From the NCBI GenBank assembly GCA_951406725.2, contig OX597817.1:40982001-41046000 (forward strand): DNA of 64,000 bases. Direction: 5' to 3'. Shown piece by piece: positions 14,185 through 26,819 of the stretch. This DNA is from Octopus vulgaris. Its lineage: Eukaryota. Made by a program: the position numbers and the translations under genes. The first letter of the stretch is position 1, and every line of letters starts with the position of its first letter. A model generated the notes under the pieces. It was given only the letters and a program-made list of their open reading frames with translations, made no database searches and was not told where the DNA came from.

Positions 14185-14780
14185 CTTATATATTTTCAGT
14201 GGTATGCATTAATGCAGTACACTTAACCAGATATTTCAGACTTGGTGTTTAGATAACATTCCACTCCTATACCCATGTTGCATTATAACTGTATTATCCA
14301 AGCAGCAATAGTCGTGTGTGTTTGTGTGTATATATATATATATATATGTTTACTGATATAGAGTATGTACAAGAGGGAGAGAAATCAAAACATTTGTAAC
14401 AGATTTAAAGTCTAAATTGTATCTTGACTGCAATATAATGTATATTTTAACATCAGCTTAAAGATATCTCTGCTTATTCTTTCAGAAATTTGCACTTCAC
14501 TTTCTTAGTGATAGTTAAAAAAAAAAAAAATTTCAGTCTGAGGTGGTGGAAAACCTCATCGGTTTGTTTCAACACTACCTAAAGTGATTTCAAATATATT
14601 TCCACTCAGATATATATATATATATATATTAGAAATATTGGGGGGTGCTTGCAAATATAAGGACACAGGAAGTGTGTCAAAGCCAACAGGAAGCATCGAT
14701 GCTTCCTAGGGCTATATAGTGGTGGTGTAATTCCCTCTATGGGACTGTCATGTTATATTGACTTTATACAACCACTCTAA

Positions 14781-14822
<42 letters not shown>

Positions 14823-15556
14823 CACTTAGAGTATTAAAATTATGAAGTCAGAAACAATGAAAAGACATTTAGTAATAAATAATAAAATAGGTGTAGGCAT
14901 TGCTGTATGGTAAGAAACTTGCTTTCAGACCACATGGTTCTGGGTTCAGTCCCACAGTGTAGCATTTTTGACAAGTGTCTTCTTCTATAGCCTCGGGCCG
15001 ACCAAAGTTTTGTGAGTGGATTTGGTAGATGTGAATTGAAAGAAACCTGTTAAGTTGTGTGAGTGTGTGTACAATAGAGAGGGAGAGTAAACAGATGAGA
15101 TCCAGACACTCTCGATATAGAAAATACTTTATCAAATAATTTGAACTTTCATCCCAAAGAGATTCATTGGATAATGTAGTCTTGTGTTCTTAATAATCGT
15201 AGGTTTGACCTGGAGTTAAATAGCATCAACAAGTCATTGACCTGAGTCAATGAAACTCTTGATAAACAACAATTACCAATTGAAAAATTCATAAAGACTA
15301 CCAAATCTCAACCCTGATTAAGCTTATCTGATCAACTTAATAATTTCATATGTAACACTAAGACAGGTTTTGTTTTAATTATTTATTGGGATTATCCTAC
15401 TTTATGCTACTTTCTGTTAGTTTTTTTTAATGACCACATTTAAAGCTTTATTGCAGTTGGTAACACTTATTGCCAGCTAATTAGAATAGCTCTCTCTATT
15501 GGTAACTCATGGTAAATCAAATAGTTCAGAACTTCAACTTTATCTACTCATAGTTA

Positions 15557-15727
15557 GGCATAGGAGTGGCTGTGTGGTAAGTAGCTTGCTTACGAACCAC
15601 ATGGTTCTGGGTTCAGTCCCACTGAGTGGCACCTTGGGCAAGTGTCTTCTACTATAGCCTCAGGCTGACCAAAGCCTTGTGAGTGGATTTGGTGGACGGA
15701 AACTGAAAGAAGCCTGTCGTGTATGTG

Positions 15728-15776
<49 letters not shown>

Positions 15777-16000
15777 ATGTGTGTGTGTATGTATGTGTGT
15801 GTGTGTGTTTGTCCCCACAACATTGCTTGATAACTGATGCTGGTGTGTTTACATCCCTGCAACTTAGTGGTTCAGCAAGAGACTGATAGAATAAGTACTA
15901 GGCTTACAAAGAATAAGTCCTGGGGTCGATTTGCTTGACTAAAGGTGGTGCTCCAGCATGGCCACAATCAAATGACTGGAGCAAGTAAAAGAGTAAAGAG
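15557..16000 (+). mobile_element. SINE family A, interrupting the left arm of the large inverted repeat
   Basis: Same head, body and tail as the 8258 copy. Confidence 0.85.
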
Positions 16001-18018
16001 TTACTTTAATACTCTTGATAAAGACACTTGTTGCTGTTAAGAAGTCAATGAGGGAACATCCACATAGTCATCCAACCTGCTAGAAAGAGTAACCAATATT
16101 TTCCCGAAATCATAGCTGGAAAGTGACATAATTAGTGATAAGTGCCTGCACATCTGGTAAAGTCTGATGAGCTGTTCACAAGGCTTTGCTTTGTGGGCAT
16201 GAAACCTTGGTAACTCTATATAAAATTTTGTTGTAATAATTACTGCTCTATTTGTTAGTGTGCTTCTTTCTGAAATATGTTTTTTTATTAACTATCATCA
16301 TCATCATTTAACATCTGTTGTCCATGCTGGCATGGGTTGGATGGTTTGATTGGGGCAGGTAAGCTGGAAGGCTGCACCAGACTCCAGTCTGATTTAGGAT
16401 GGTTTTCTGTGGCTTGATGGCCTTCCTAACGCCAACCACTCTGAGAGTGTAATGGGTGCTTTTACATGTCACCGGTATGAGTGCCATTTGCATAACACCA
16501 GTATGTCCCATGACTGCAATTTTGCTTGGCTTGATGGGTCTTCTCAAGCACAACATAATGCCAAAAGTTTTGATCATTACCTCCGTGAGGCCCATCACTC
16601 GAAAGGAACTATGCCACTTTGCCTCTGTGAGGCTCAATGCTCATATATATATATATGCAGAGAGAGACAGAGAGGAATATATATATATGTATTATCCCCA
16701 GCCAATGTATCAGCAATCCTACTACCCTATATGTGTCTATGTATCTGGGTTTTTTTTGTATTGAGAACATGGCATGGATTTCTCATCCCTCTTCTTGCAT
16801 AGTGTGCACTTTAAATTTTGATATTGCTGAGTGTTTGTGGCTTCTATTGCCTAGTTCTAATAGGTATACCATGATTTTGGCCATAATAATGTTCAACTTT
16901 CTAGATTTGAATCTCCTATTGTGAGTTTCAAACTAATGCAGCTTACAGTCTTCCAGTAAATTTCACAATGGCAATTAGCTTATTACAACATAGATATTTT
17001 CATAGACCACACTCGGGATGTGGATATGCACTTCTTTCATCAGTTATCCAAAAATCGTAACAATTTTGTCCCTTTAATAAGATTTTTCATTTTGGTAGCG
17101 TCAGCAGTGACATTTTATCTCACAGAACCCCTTTGAGAAACCCTAGATTAAATGACTGTTTAAAGAGACAGAATTTAACTTTTACACTTATAGTGTAAAC
17201 CAACCAAGTAGCTCCTGTGTTCTTGCTCAACCTGCTAGAAATAGCTGGCAAATTTCCTTCAACATTGGATTATGTAACCTAGGTCAGTGCTCAACAAACT
17301 ATCTGATGTGGTGTACCAGCAAATTTTTTTTCCAATGTGCCAGGGACCAGTAATATTTCTTAATTATTATTCAGCTAGTGTTAGGAACATAAATTGTGAC
17401 TAAGATTTGGTGGAAGATTTTGATTCAAAACTTATGAAAACAAGACATTTGTACCACAAAGCCAGAGGCAGTTTCAGCCGGGTTGGTAACGAAGGGGTTA
17501 AGGGCATGTGTGTCTGTGGAATGCCCAGCCACTTCCACATTAATTTTACAAGCAGGCAGTTCTGTTGATTGGATCAACTGGAACCCTCGTCATAACTGAT
17601 GGAGTGTCAGTTATCTAGCAGCCCATTCACAAGGCTTTGGTTAGCCTGCTGAAATCGACTTTGCCTTTCTTCCTTTTGGGGTTAATAAAATAAGTACCAG
17701 TTGTGCACAGGGGGTCAATGTAATTGACCAGCCTCCTCTCACAAAATTCCAGGCCTTGTGCATATAGTAGAAAGGATTATTATTTATTTGGTATGGAGGA
17801 AGGGGCTATGTGCATGGCATTCATAAGGCCTCAATTCTGGTGAGACTGATACAGCTCTACAAATAAACGATTTAATGTTTTCCTGTCTTCAAGTTAGCAA
17901 CTTGCGATCTGAGAGGGTATTGGTTGCTCTTTCTAGCAGGTTGTGGATGTTCCCTCATTGGCTTGTTAATAAAGATGGTTATCACTTTATCAAGAGTATT
18001 ACTAATGAGTTGATAAAG

Positions 18019-18233
18019 GTAAGGTGGCAAGCTGGCAGAATGGTTAGCATGCTGGGCAAAATGTTTAGTGGCATTTTGTCTACCTTTATGTTCTGAGTTC
18101 AAATTCTGCCAAGATCAGTTTTGTCTTTCATCCTCTTGGGGTCAATAAAATGAATACCTGTTGAGCACTGAGGTCATCAGCTTACCTCCTTCTCTGGAAT
18201 TGCTGGCCTTGTGCCAAAATTTGAAACTAATTA
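18019..18233 (+). mobile_element. SINE family B, interrupting the right arm of the large inverted repeat
   Basis: Family head and core, flanked by direct repeat AGTTGATAAAG. Confidence 0.8.
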
Positions 18234-19810
18234 GTTGATAAAGTTAAAAAAGTTATGAACTATTTGATTTACCATGAGTTACCAATAGAGAGAGCTATTC
18301 TAATTAGCTGGCAGTAAGTGTCACCAACTGCAATAAAGCTTTAAATGTGGTCATTAAAAAAAAACTAACAGAAAATAGCATAAAGTAGGATAATCCCAAT
18401 AAATAATTAAAACAAAACCTGTCTTAGTATTACATATGAAGTTATTAAGTTGATCAGATAAGCTTAATCAGGGTTGAGATTTGGTAGTCTTAATGAATTT
18501 TTCAATTGGTAATTGTTGTTTATCAAGAGTTTCATTGACTCAGGTCAATGACTTGTTGATGCTATTTAACTCCAGGTCAAACCTACGACTATAAGGAACA
18601 CAAGACTACATTATCCAATGAATCTCTTTGGGATGAAAGTTAAAATTATTTGACCACTACAAAGGGTTTTCTATATTGAGTTCAGCAACGTCAAGGACTT
18701 TGTTGTTGTCACTCTTTAACTCCAGTTTAAACCAGATTGAACAGACCCATGGTCACAGGCATTCCATCAGTAACCATCTCATTTTTTCCTTCATAGGCTT
18801 GTCCTTTCAGCTGCTGGTGCCCCTTAAAAAGCACCCATGTTGGTGCTGGATTGACGCACCTGTACTGGTGGCACATAAAAAACATCCAGCACACTGTTAA
18901 GTGGTTGGTGTTAGGAAGGGAATCTAGCTGTGGAAACCATGTCACATCAGACAGTTGGAGTCTAGACAGCTTCATGTCAAACCGTCCAACCCATGCCAAC
19001 ATGGAAAGTGGACATTAAATGACGATAATGTACAAGCACTGTATGACCCCATTATCCAACTTGTATCTTATATTTTTAAATGCTAGGCTGTGATTTGAGA
19101 GATTTGGTTGTTATTTGAAGAAAGGTCAAACAACCATGTAATTAGTTTATCTTGTTTCGTTGATGAAGTTTTTGATATTAGCAATCATAATAAATTCACA
19201 AAATTGTTGGGAATGATTAAATCTCAAAACTTTGTAGTGGTAAATGTTTTTAAACATTTTACTGACTTCAACAAATTTTCACTTTCCCTGTTGATATGGC
19301 CTTGTAAATTTTCATTGTGGCCAGTGTCAGCAGCCACTACACTCTTGGAGTGGTTGGCATTAGGAAGGGCATCCAGCTGTAGAAGTCAAGCCAAATCAAA
19401 CTGGAGCCTAGTGCAGCTCTCTGGCTTACCAGCTCTGCTCAAATTGTCTAACCCATGCCAGCATGGAAAATGGATGCTAAATGATGATGATGATGTTGTT
19501 GTTAAGGTGCTGAGCTGTCAGAATCATTAGCAAGTTGGAGAGAATGTTCAGCAGCACTTCATCCATCTTTACATTTTGGGCTCAGGTTCAGCTGTAGCTG
19601 ACTTTGCCTTTTTCCTCTCAGACTGTTTTATTTTGTTTAATCAAACCTTGACCTTCGTTAAGAGAGCAAGTTGGCTGTTTCTTTAGTACTGAACAAAAAT
19701 ATCATTGAGCTGGTGTTAACAAAATACATAATAATATACAGGTAATATTGCTGACAGGATGTAGTCTGGTGTTTAAATCTGTTACAAATGTTTTGCTTTC
19801 TCCCTCTCCA

Positions 19811-19844
<34 letters not shown>

Positions 19845-20930
19845 TACACACACACAGAGGCAGTGAATTCACTATCAGTTCCTCTTACTGTTACATGTCA
19901 TTACCAGATCTTTAGCCTATGTAATCCACAATGCACTGATTTCTTATCACAGATTACTTTTTTTTATTTTTAGATGTTTTATTTACATAAACATTGAATT
20001 TTGATTTAATTACAAGCAAAAAAAAAAAAACCCTCAAAAAGCAGAGATTAAGCAGCAATAGATTGTGGAGAGTACACCCCAGAACAAATGGCCTATTCAC
20101 CTGTGCTTTATAGACACAACTGCAATGGTAGTGTTGCAGAGAATGGCCAGTGACATTTACTGTAGCAGCCACCCCACCTCATGAGGTTCATCCCTCAGAT
20201 GGGCTGCAGTTATCCTGATTTTTACAGAGGAAATCAGCAGTGCAGGGTCAGGTCCAATAACACATGAGGACTTGATGGTAACCAGCACTGTTTTTTCATT
20301 TCATAAATGCTTAATTCCACAAACCATATTGAGCAACAATTGCACCTGCCTAATTATAATTATGTTGACATTAGATATAGCTTATATTAAGTTTAATTTG
20401 CCCCTATATGGTTTCAGGTTCAATCTCATTGCATGGTACCATGGTGAAGTGTTATTTTATTTTTTTTAGTGTCTTTATTTTTACCATAATACCAGATTGC
20501 TAAAAGCCTTTTTAGTAAAATTTCATTAATAGAATCTTGTTAAAGAGGATTGTTTCTCTTGATAGTTGGTGTATTAATGCATCACCCAGTTTAACATTGC
20601 CACATGTCCCATGGGTGCTTTTTGTAGAGTTCACTCTGTCTTTTGGATTAACGAGGACCATCTAGTTATCCTTAACCCTTTAACATTTAAACCAGTCATA
20701 TCAGGTCCAAATACTCTACCTGTTTTATCTTCAAATTGACCAAATCCCAGTTCTCTCATCTACCTTATGATGTCATTCTAAAAATATACAATCACATTGT
20801 CAAAAACTCAAAGTTATGAGATAATGCATGATTAATTCAAAACAATGCAAATAAACAAGCATTACATTTGATGGGGTACTCTGAATACTAAAGGTTTAAG
20901 ATGACTGATGACTTGTGCAGTGATATTTGT

Positions 20931-21157
20931 TTAACCCTTTAGTGTTCAGATTATTCTATCAAACATAAAGCCTATTGATTCACATTGATTTGAATTAATC
21001 ATGCATTATCTCATATCTTCAAGATCTTGATGGTGCAATTACTTAATGTAGAATAACATTGTAGGGTAGGTGTGAGAGCCTGGATCTGGTCAGTTTGAAC
21101 ATAAAACAGATTAAATATTTTGGCCGGATATGGCCGGTTTAAATACTAAAGGGTTAA
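20931..21157. mobile_element. piggyBac-like MITE (TTAA|CCCTTTAG...CTAAAGGG|TTAA)
   Basis: TTAA flanks and terminal inverted repeats. An oppositely oriented copy lies at 20672-20899; related copies at about 32333-32554 and 42951-43746. Confidence 0.7.
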
Positions 21158-21361
21158 GGTGAAGAAGACTGATGCGCACTGTCAGTCCTGTTCTCTCATC
21201 CATGGCCATTTTTAATCCAGTGATAAAACCAGGTTAAGACAAAAAGAACGAAAACAAAAGCCATTAAAATGTTTATACTTTTAGTTACTAATTTTTGTTC
21301 TCCCTTAGGCAGCTGGCATAATTTTTCTGGAGCAGTTTTGGTTTTCTGTAGACCATCTATA

Positions 21362-22602
21362 GGTTTAAGTGTGGCTGTGTAGTTAAGAAGCTTGCTTTCT
21401 AACCATATGATCTTAAGTTCAGTTCCACTACGCGAGACTTTGGGCAAATGTCTTTTGTTATAGCCCTGGGTGGGCCAAAGCCTTGTGGGCAGATTTGTTT
21501 AACAGACACTGAAAGAAGCCTGTTTGTGTGGGTGTGTTCTATGATGGTTGTAAAAGAGCATCACCACCATACAAGCAACACTGTTCATTTCCAGTGTTCT
21601 GTGAAAAGAACATGTCCTGGCCATGAAGAAATATTACCTTGCTTGGAAACAAGTGAGGGTTGGTGACAGGAAGGGCATTTGGACATAAAAGTTGGCTCAA
21701 ATTTCATCTGACCCATGAAAGCGTGGAAAAGTGGATGTTAAATGATCACACACGCACAGGTACAGACGTGACTGTGTTGTAAGAAGCTTACTTCCCAACC
21801 ACATGGTTTTTGGTTCAGTCCCACTGTACGACACTTTGGGCAAGTGTCTTCTACTATAGCTTTGGGCTGACCAAAGTTTTGAGTGAATCTGGTAGGTGGA
21901 AACTGAAAGAAACCTGTCGTGTATGTTTTTGTCCCCTACAACCACTTGACAACCAGTGTTGGTGTGTTTATGCTTCTGTAACCTAGCAGTTTGGTAAAAG
22001 AGACTGATAGCATAATTAACAGGCTTAAAAAAGAAAATAAGTACTAGGGTCAATTAGTTCAACTAAAATTCCTCAAAGCAGTGCCCCAGCATGACTGCAG
22101 CCTAATGACTAAAACAAATAAGGTATCTGTCTGTATAACGGACTCTACCATCATTAGACGACGTATGAGGGTTTGGCAATTTCTTACTGAACATAGGTGC
22201 AGGAGTAGCTGTGTAGTAAGTAGCTTACTTACCAACCTCATGGTTCCGGGTTCAGCCCCACTACATGGCACTTTGGGCAAGTGTCTTCTACTATAACCTC
22301 GGGCCAATCAAAGCCTTGTGAGTTGATTTGGTAGATGGAAACTGAAAGAAGCCCATTGCATGTGTGTATGTATGTATATATATATATATCTACGTGTGTG
22401 TATATGTTTGTTTGTTTGTTCCTCCAACATTGCTTGACAACCGATGCTGGTGTGTTTATGTCCCTGTAACTTAGTGGTTCGGCAAAAGAGAACAATAGAT
22501 TAAGTAATAAACTCACAAAGGATAAGTCCTGGGGTCGATTTGCTTGACTAAAGGCGGTGCTCCAGCATGGCTGCAGTCAAATGACCAAAACAAGTAAAAG
22601 AA
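21362..22602 (+). mobile_element. Cluster of three family-A SINE copies
   Basis: Heads at about 21362, 21759 and 22196. Confidence 0.75.
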
Positions 22603-22851
22603 TGTTTGTATAGACATAAACTCCCTCCCTCCCTCCATCATCACCTGCACTCCCTCGGCATTACCTGTACAGGTGCAACAAGTGCCACATGTCAGATGTT
22701 GAAATGATCGCAGAGCAACATGAAATGAAGTGCTTTGCTCAAGAACACAATGCAACACCTGGTCTGGGAATCGAACCCACAATCTCGCAATCGTGAGTGC
22801 AACACCCTACCCACTAAGCCATATATTTTCTATACACACACACACACCACA

Positions 22852-22883
<32 letters not shown>

Positions 22884-23691
22884 TTCTTTCTTATGTAGAA
22901 ACACTCAGACACTTGCATGCCTTTTCCACTCCAGTGGTTTGCGAATTTAGATACTTTGTCTCATTTCCACTATGTGTTGCTAAACCCCCTTTGCTAGATA
23001 TATCTTACATTTGATACTTGGCACAGTGGTTGTTTGTGTGCTCCAGAATGTAAAATTTCAAGACATATTTTTAAATATGGGTGTGTGTGCATGCATGTGT
23101 GTATGTGTATGTATGTATCTAATATACATATATATGTCTACATGGGTGTTATTTGTGTATATGTATATTTATGTTTTGTTATGCTTCGTATTTAAGAATC
23201 TCTAAAATATGTATTGCTATTGGTAAGGAATTTACAATTTATACTACTTTATTGTTAGCTGAATTGAAATCCCAGTGGAAAGCTGAAAATGTCAAAAATA
23301 TATATATATAAAATGAAAAAAAAAAAGAAATATAAGAGAAAAAAAAATTTTGAATGTTATCTCTGGCTGGATTTCGTTTACACTGAATTTAATTTTGATT
23401 TCATTTGCTTGAGGCCAAATTTGAATTTGTTTACATAAACATGTCGATAAAACATGCCAGCAGTATTGTTGTACACTGTCAGTGATTTTAATGTAACAGT
23501 CAAACTGCTTCAGGAAATGACTGAGCTAAGCGTCATAGTATTTATTGAAAATAATAGTATATACAATGCGTAGGAATGTAGGGAGAAAGTGTTTTTAGTA
23601 TTTTAAAACTGTACTAGTAAGGCTGAACTTATATATATATTATGTCCATCCAACCCATGCCAACATAGACAACAGATGTTAAACAATGATA

Positions 23692-23748
<57 letters not shown>

Positions 23749-23812
23749 AAAAATGGTAAGACAACAAAAGAATGAAAGAGACCTCGATATTATGTAAATA
23801 GAGGAATTTATC

Positions 23813-24008
23813 TGCAAAAGTAATGTGACAATTATTTGGTAGCCATGATAAAACTCCGAGTTTCGGATGCCGAGGTGGAAATCCATGCCGCCATCTCTTC
23901 AGTCCGATGGCCAGGTAACTGAAGAGATGGCGGTGTGGACTTCCACCTCGGTATTCGAAACTCGGAGTTTTATCATGGCTACTGAATAATTGTCACATAT
24001 TACTTTTA

Positions 24009-24010
<2 letters not shown>
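23813..24010. repeat. Long palindrome (~90-bp arms, 14-nt loop)
   Basis: Direct reverse-complement match; sits between (TA)n runs. Confidence 0.92.
23908..23981 (+). ncRNA. Type I hammerhead-ribozyme-like motif
   Basis: Stem I TGGCCA-GGTAA / TTATC-A-TGGCTA, core CTGAAGA (23919-23925), imperfect stem II, GAAA (23957-23960), short stem III and NUH triplet GTT (23967-23969). Confidence 0.55.
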
Positions 24011-24054
<44 letters not shown>

Positions 24055-24059
24055 ATAGA

Positions 24060-25940
24060 TCATCTGTAAAAACATAAATCCGAAAAAAGAAGCACACTCT
24101 GAGTTATAGAGCAGTATATATTAAAGTTAGATAAGGCAGGTTTATGAGATTACTTTAGGTTTTGCATCCATAAAGGGCTTAGCTTTATGGCATATCATCA
24201 AATCCCCAAACCTGTTGGCTTAAAGCCTCACTAGCGAGTGGCCTCTCTAGAAAATGGAGGAGGAAAGACCTTGTTATTCAATGTCAACAAAGGGGATTGT
24301 CTCCCTTTGGCTATCGATTGCCGGTGACCCTGCCATCCTGTGGGTTCCAATAGGCCAGCAGGAATTTCCTGAAATGGTAAGCATGGTGCAAAGACCTGTT
24401 CTGGAGTTTAGGATGTTCCCTGGGTTGAGAGAGCTATTTAGGATCTTCGCCTGTTCTGCTATGCATAATTTACAGCCCTTGGTCCCGTTTATGTAGGGGT
24501 CTGGATTTTCTAGGATTCTCTATGATATTGTGTATGGTATCCCATTGTCTATCAGCTGCCATACATAGCTGGTTAATGATGTGACGTATCGCCTTTCTGG
24601 TATCCTGAAGGAGGATGTGTGGTTGGAGAGGCATTGTTTGAATGAGTTCCCAGAACAGCCAAAGTATCTCCTTGGTCGGGTGTTGGCAGTGCTGTCTCTG
24701 TTGGTGTTGACATTGGTGCCACCGTTGTCGCTGGAACTGGTGCTGTTGGTGCTGGAATCATTGTAGGTGGCGATGGTGTTGGTGCCAATACTGCTGGTGT
24801 TATAAAGGTGCTGTTGTTATTATTATGGCCCTCATCATTGATAGAGGCACTCTCATTGCTGTTATGGATGTCATTGGTGATGGCTCTGCTGCTATTTCTG
24901 TTAGGGTCACTGCCATTGCAGTTGTTGCTGCTATTGTTGTTATCGCTGCTGATGGTACTGCCACCGCTACTTTTAGAACTGTTGTGCCTGCTACTGTAGC
25001 CATTAAGGAAGCTGCTGCTGATGATGTTGTTGCTGCTGTCGTTGATTTTACTGTTTCTGTTATCGCGAGTGATGGTGCTGTCGGCTCTGTTTGTGCTTCT
25101 GCTGCTGCTGTTGTTGTTGTTAAGCAACAAGATGGGTAAGGGTGATTAGGTGATGGTCTAGGGCTTAGGGGGCGGGAGACCCCAGACCTTGGAAAAAAAA
25201 AAATTTGGTCGACTTGTTGTACCCAAGTGCTCTTCGTTGATGCCTGACACCGCTGAGAGGTGGCCCTCAAAGTTACTGGAAATGGAGATCTCCAGGTCCA
25301 AATTCTTGAACTGCTGCTGCTACTGGTACTGACATCCATGTTACTGTGGTAGCCATTAGGGGAGCTGCTGTTAGGGTCAGCCAGTATCTCAGCTTCATAA
25401 ACAACTCTCTTGGTTTCGCAGTGGCCCCTCACTGGGCATCTGTTGTGGTCCCTGCATATAACATCCTGCCTCTGCTTGTCGTCAGGATGTGCTAACTAGA
25501 ATGCTCTTAATATTGGGGGCATAACTAAATGAGACTCTAAGGTTGTGCCTGTTGAAAATGCGTCTGTACTTATGTGAACATGTGAAATGTTTATCTGTTA
25601 ACTTAAGGAATTTCCTACCTATAGACATTTTTATGTTAAAGGAGAAGGGGGTGCAAACCAAATGCAATTTCTGTGGTACTTCCTTTTATGGATGTTGGGG
25701 TCTGGCATGTATGAGATGCAGTCCCTAAATCTGCTAGCAGCTAGGGCCTTGTTATAGTAGGGGGCTGCAGCATCAAAAATCTCATGGCTGGAGGAAAGGT
25801 TAGGGATTCTCTTACTAACACGCTTCACCAGGTTTTTGAACACAGTTGGTGGGTGACTGGAGGCTGTGTTGATGTATGTTAGCCTCTCATTTGGTTGCAG
25901 TAGGGCCTGTATGTACCAGAGCCCAAGTCGAGCATGATGT
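24060..25940 (-). mobile_element. Penelope-like retroelement relic (RT thumb/linker plus GIY-YIG endonuclease), frameshifted
   Basis: Peptides RIPNLSSSHEIFDAAAPYYNKAL, RNCIWFAPP, IGRKFLKLTDKHF..IFNRHNLRVSFSY, CPVRGHC..VVYEAEI, RYFGCSGNSFKQ, SYVWQLID and CKLCIAEQAKIL are typical of Penelope elements. Bordered by (TA)n. Confidence 0.85.
24138..24213 (-). ncRNA. Degenerate hammerhead motif at the 3' end of the Penelope relic
   Basis: The - strand reads AGGTTTGGGGAT-TTGATGA-[CCATAAAG/CTTTATGG stem]-CAAAAC-CTAAA-GTA-ATCTCATAAACCT. The core is mutated (C>T, G>A). Confidence 0.45.
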
Positions 25941-26819
25941 CTGAAGATGGCTTAACTCACTGAAAGTCACTGTCAGTAATATTCTTGTTTAAGTATAATA
26001 AATTTGTACTCTACAAAAGTATAGAGTAACCCATCAGATTAATGTAGAATTGTTTTTATTATAACAATTACAGCGTGGAAGGTGTTTATAAGCCATTTAA
26101 AAAAAAACACACACAAAAACCGTTGGATTCACTTCAACATTTAAATTTAATTTTATTATAAATGAACATAAAAACAAACGTGTGTGTGTGTGTGTATACA
26201 TGCATATATACATATGTATTCTTTGTTGATTTACTATGCATGAATCGTCATCATCGTTTAACGTCCGTTTTCCATGCTAGCATGGGTTGGACGGTTCGAC
26301 TGGGGTCTGGGAAGCCAGGAGGCTGCACCAGGCCCAGTCTGATCTGGCAGTGTTTCTACAGCTGGATGCCCTTCCTAATGCCTTCCTAATCAACAAGTAA
26401 ATTATTTATTTACCAAATGCAGTGTTGAGAACTCAGTTGCACTATTCAACACCATTTGTGTGTGGGTGTTTGTGTTCCTGTCTCCTTGCCCTGGCATCAA
26501 ATGTTGTGTGTAGCAAGTGCCACTATCATGCAAGCTGTGTGCTTTGTTTCCAATTTTCTTGAAAACCTGGCTGGTCAAGGGGAAATATTACCTTACTCAA
26601 TAACAGGCGAAGGTTAATGTAAAGAAGGGCATCCAATTATAGAAAATCTGCCTCTATAAATTCCATCCATCTCATGTAAGTATGGAAAAGTCGACATCAA
26701 AATGACGATGATGAATTAATATGAACTATCAGGATAAAAATGAGATGTAGCCATGCCTGCTCCCATTTTTTAAAATTTACAAGCAGGTGGCAAATTAATA
26801 GTCATTAGAACAATAAGAT

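Larger units (their letters stand above)
15111..18680. repeat. Large inverted duplication (arms about 15111-16098 and 17918-18680)
   Basis: 15132-15545 is the reverse complement of about 18237-18653 with about a dozen mismatches. Inner arm segments are more diverged. Confidence 0.92.

Noticed and set aside
14685-14704. 20-nt perfect palindrome AGGAAGCATCGATGCTTCCT (approximate position)
   Set aside because: It lies in a short (TA)n-flanked repeat fragment with no further structure to support a function.
24573-25432. Overlapping mucin- or antifreeze-like ORFs as a host gene
   Set aside because: They are embedded in a frameshifted Penelope relic.
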